The notes under the pieces are model-generated. The model was not told the origin of the DNA, made no database searches, and saw only the letters and a list, made by a program, of their open reading frames with translations. Positions 63,268 to 64,000 of a DNA stretch of 64,000 nucleotides are shown in pieces. Within the stretch, counting starts at the first letter, position 1. Every line of letters begins with the position of its first letter. The stretch comes from Christensenellales bacterium. GTDB lineage: Bacteria > Bacillota > Clostridia > Christensenellales > CAG-138. Made by a program: the position numbers and the translations under genes. Where the stretch lies: positions 9,313-73,312 of the forward strand of contig JBGULC010000022.1 of NCBI GenBank assembly GCA_045114775.1. The letters are read 5' to 3'.

Positions 63268-64000
63268 TCAGTTTCCTCCCTTGTAGGGTTCGGTCGCCAC
63301 CGGCGGATACAGCGATTTGTCGTAGCGCCAGTACGTTTTGCTGTGTCGACGCGTCTGCTCGTCCGTCCACATGAAGCAGCGATATTTGCCCGTCCACGCA
63401 CGGCAGGCATCGTAATGGTACCAGCCGGTGCCGATGTTGACGAGCATCCAGTAATGATGCGAATTCGTGCTCTTGCGCGTCACGCTGACGATCTGCGCGT
63501 CCGTGCGTTCCAGAAGCAGCCGCGCCGCCGCATACGAGGTAAAGCAATCGCCGCGGCCGGTCGTCAGTCCGCGCACCGCCTCGCTGCGCCAATCCATCTT
63601 ATTGGAGCGCGACGAATAGCGCATATGTGTAAAAACGTAGTCGTAGATCGCTTCGATCTGCTCGGCGAGCGTCATATCGTCCGTCAGGATCTTTGCGATA
63701 TACTCGTCCGCGACCTCCTGCGCACGCTCGTCGGTGACCTTTGCGGAAACGAACCGAAACAGGATCGTCGCCGTCGCCGTGTTGCCGGCGCGGTCCGTCG
63801 CGGAATAGGTCACCGGATAGCTGCCGGTCGTTCCGTTTACGACCGCCGACGCATCGACCGTGACCGCGACCTCGCCGTCGCAGTCATCGACCGCGAAGAC
63901 CTCGTCGAGATAGGAAACCGGTTCGTCCGCATAGCTGTAACGGTCGTGCATGCCGTAGAATACCGGCGGCGTGACGTCCGGCACGAGCGTCAACGTGATC
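63268..64000 (-). CDS. Transglutaminase-like cysteine peptidase domain protein with Ig-like (DUF5011-type) module, N-terminus beyond window
   Basis: RGDCFTSYAAA ... HHYWMLV ... WYHYD (Cys-His-Asp core). Upstream module DDCDGEVAVTVD...GSYPVTYSATDRAGNTA. The reading frame stays open to the window edge. Confidence 0.7.
   Translation of the reverse strand, partial: ITLTLVPDVTPPVFYGMHDRYSYADEPVSYLDEVFAVDDCDGEVAVTVDASAVVNGTTGSYPVTYSATDRAGNTATATILFRFVSAKVTDERAQEVADEYIAKILTDDMTLAEQIEAIYDYVFTHMRYSSRSNKMDWRSEAVRGLTTGRGDCFTSYAAARLLLERTDAQIVSVTRKSTNSHHYWMLVNIGTGWYHYDACRAWTGKYRCFMWTDEQTRRHSKTYWRYDKSLYPPVATEPYKGGN

Noticed and set aside
1-64000. Prophage, IS element, integrase, toxin-antitoxin or recognisable anti-phage defence operon
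   Set aside because: No recombinase, transposase, capsid/terminase, restriction-modification, Cas, or nuclease-ATPase defence-type pairs were recognisable in any frame. The only mobile-element hint is the decayed XRE fragment at 18250-18372.

Overview
GC-rich, densely coding chromosomal segment that looks Gram-positive (Clostridia / Oscillospiraceae-like, judged from gene content, SD usage and the intergenic hairpin repeats). I saw no rRNA, tRNA, CRISPR array, transposase or integrase.

Left to right:
- Truncated histidine kinase plus OmpR-type regulator, LRR lipoprotein, proS, GNAT, M15 peptidase.
- BMP-family (nucleoside-type) ABC importer operon.
- DUF1540-like and CxxC zinc-ribbon genes. 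The zinc-ribbon gene sits behind a ~260-nt structured leader.
- UPF0340 gene, mutY, two paralogous lipoproteins.
- A ~1 kb AT-rich non-coding patch with TAGCTA-type palindromic repeats and a decayed XRE fragment.
- Two-gene COG0523 GTPase operon. One gene has a very long His/Asp insert; the other has a YcgQ/DUF1980-like C-terminus.
- TlpA / small CXXC / membrane 4Fe-4S trio.
- Tandem array of paralogous zinc-ribbon + 2-TM genes (one truncated).
- ABC-2 exporter plus GntR regulator, followed by hairpin repeat fields.
- Heterodimeric ABC exporter, DEDDh exonuclease.
- SPFH / Zn-ribbon / TPM (ydjI-G-H-like) operon, then DegV and a LUD-domain gene.
- A 16.5 kb exopolysaccharide locus (41.4-58.0 kb) bounded by AT-rich spacers. 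It combines Wzz/BY-kinase and EpsG-type polymerase parts with a Wzm/Wzt ABC exporter and a Stealth phosphotransferase.
- A convergent Dlt-like operon: transglutaminase-like gene, adenylating enzyme, carrier protein, MBOAT, SGNH-like gene, lipoprotein.

No single obviously new system stands out. The candidates most worth follow-up are the Dlt-like module facing the EPS locus, the Zn-ribbon paralog array, the unclassified structured leader, the tandem hairpin array with compensatory stem changes, and the COG0523 pair.

Caveats:
- All functional calls are motif recognition by eye. No searches were run.
- The ORF track prints M for GTG/TTG starts and omits ORFs under 60 aa.
- Many long ORFs antisense to real genes are GC-content artefacts.
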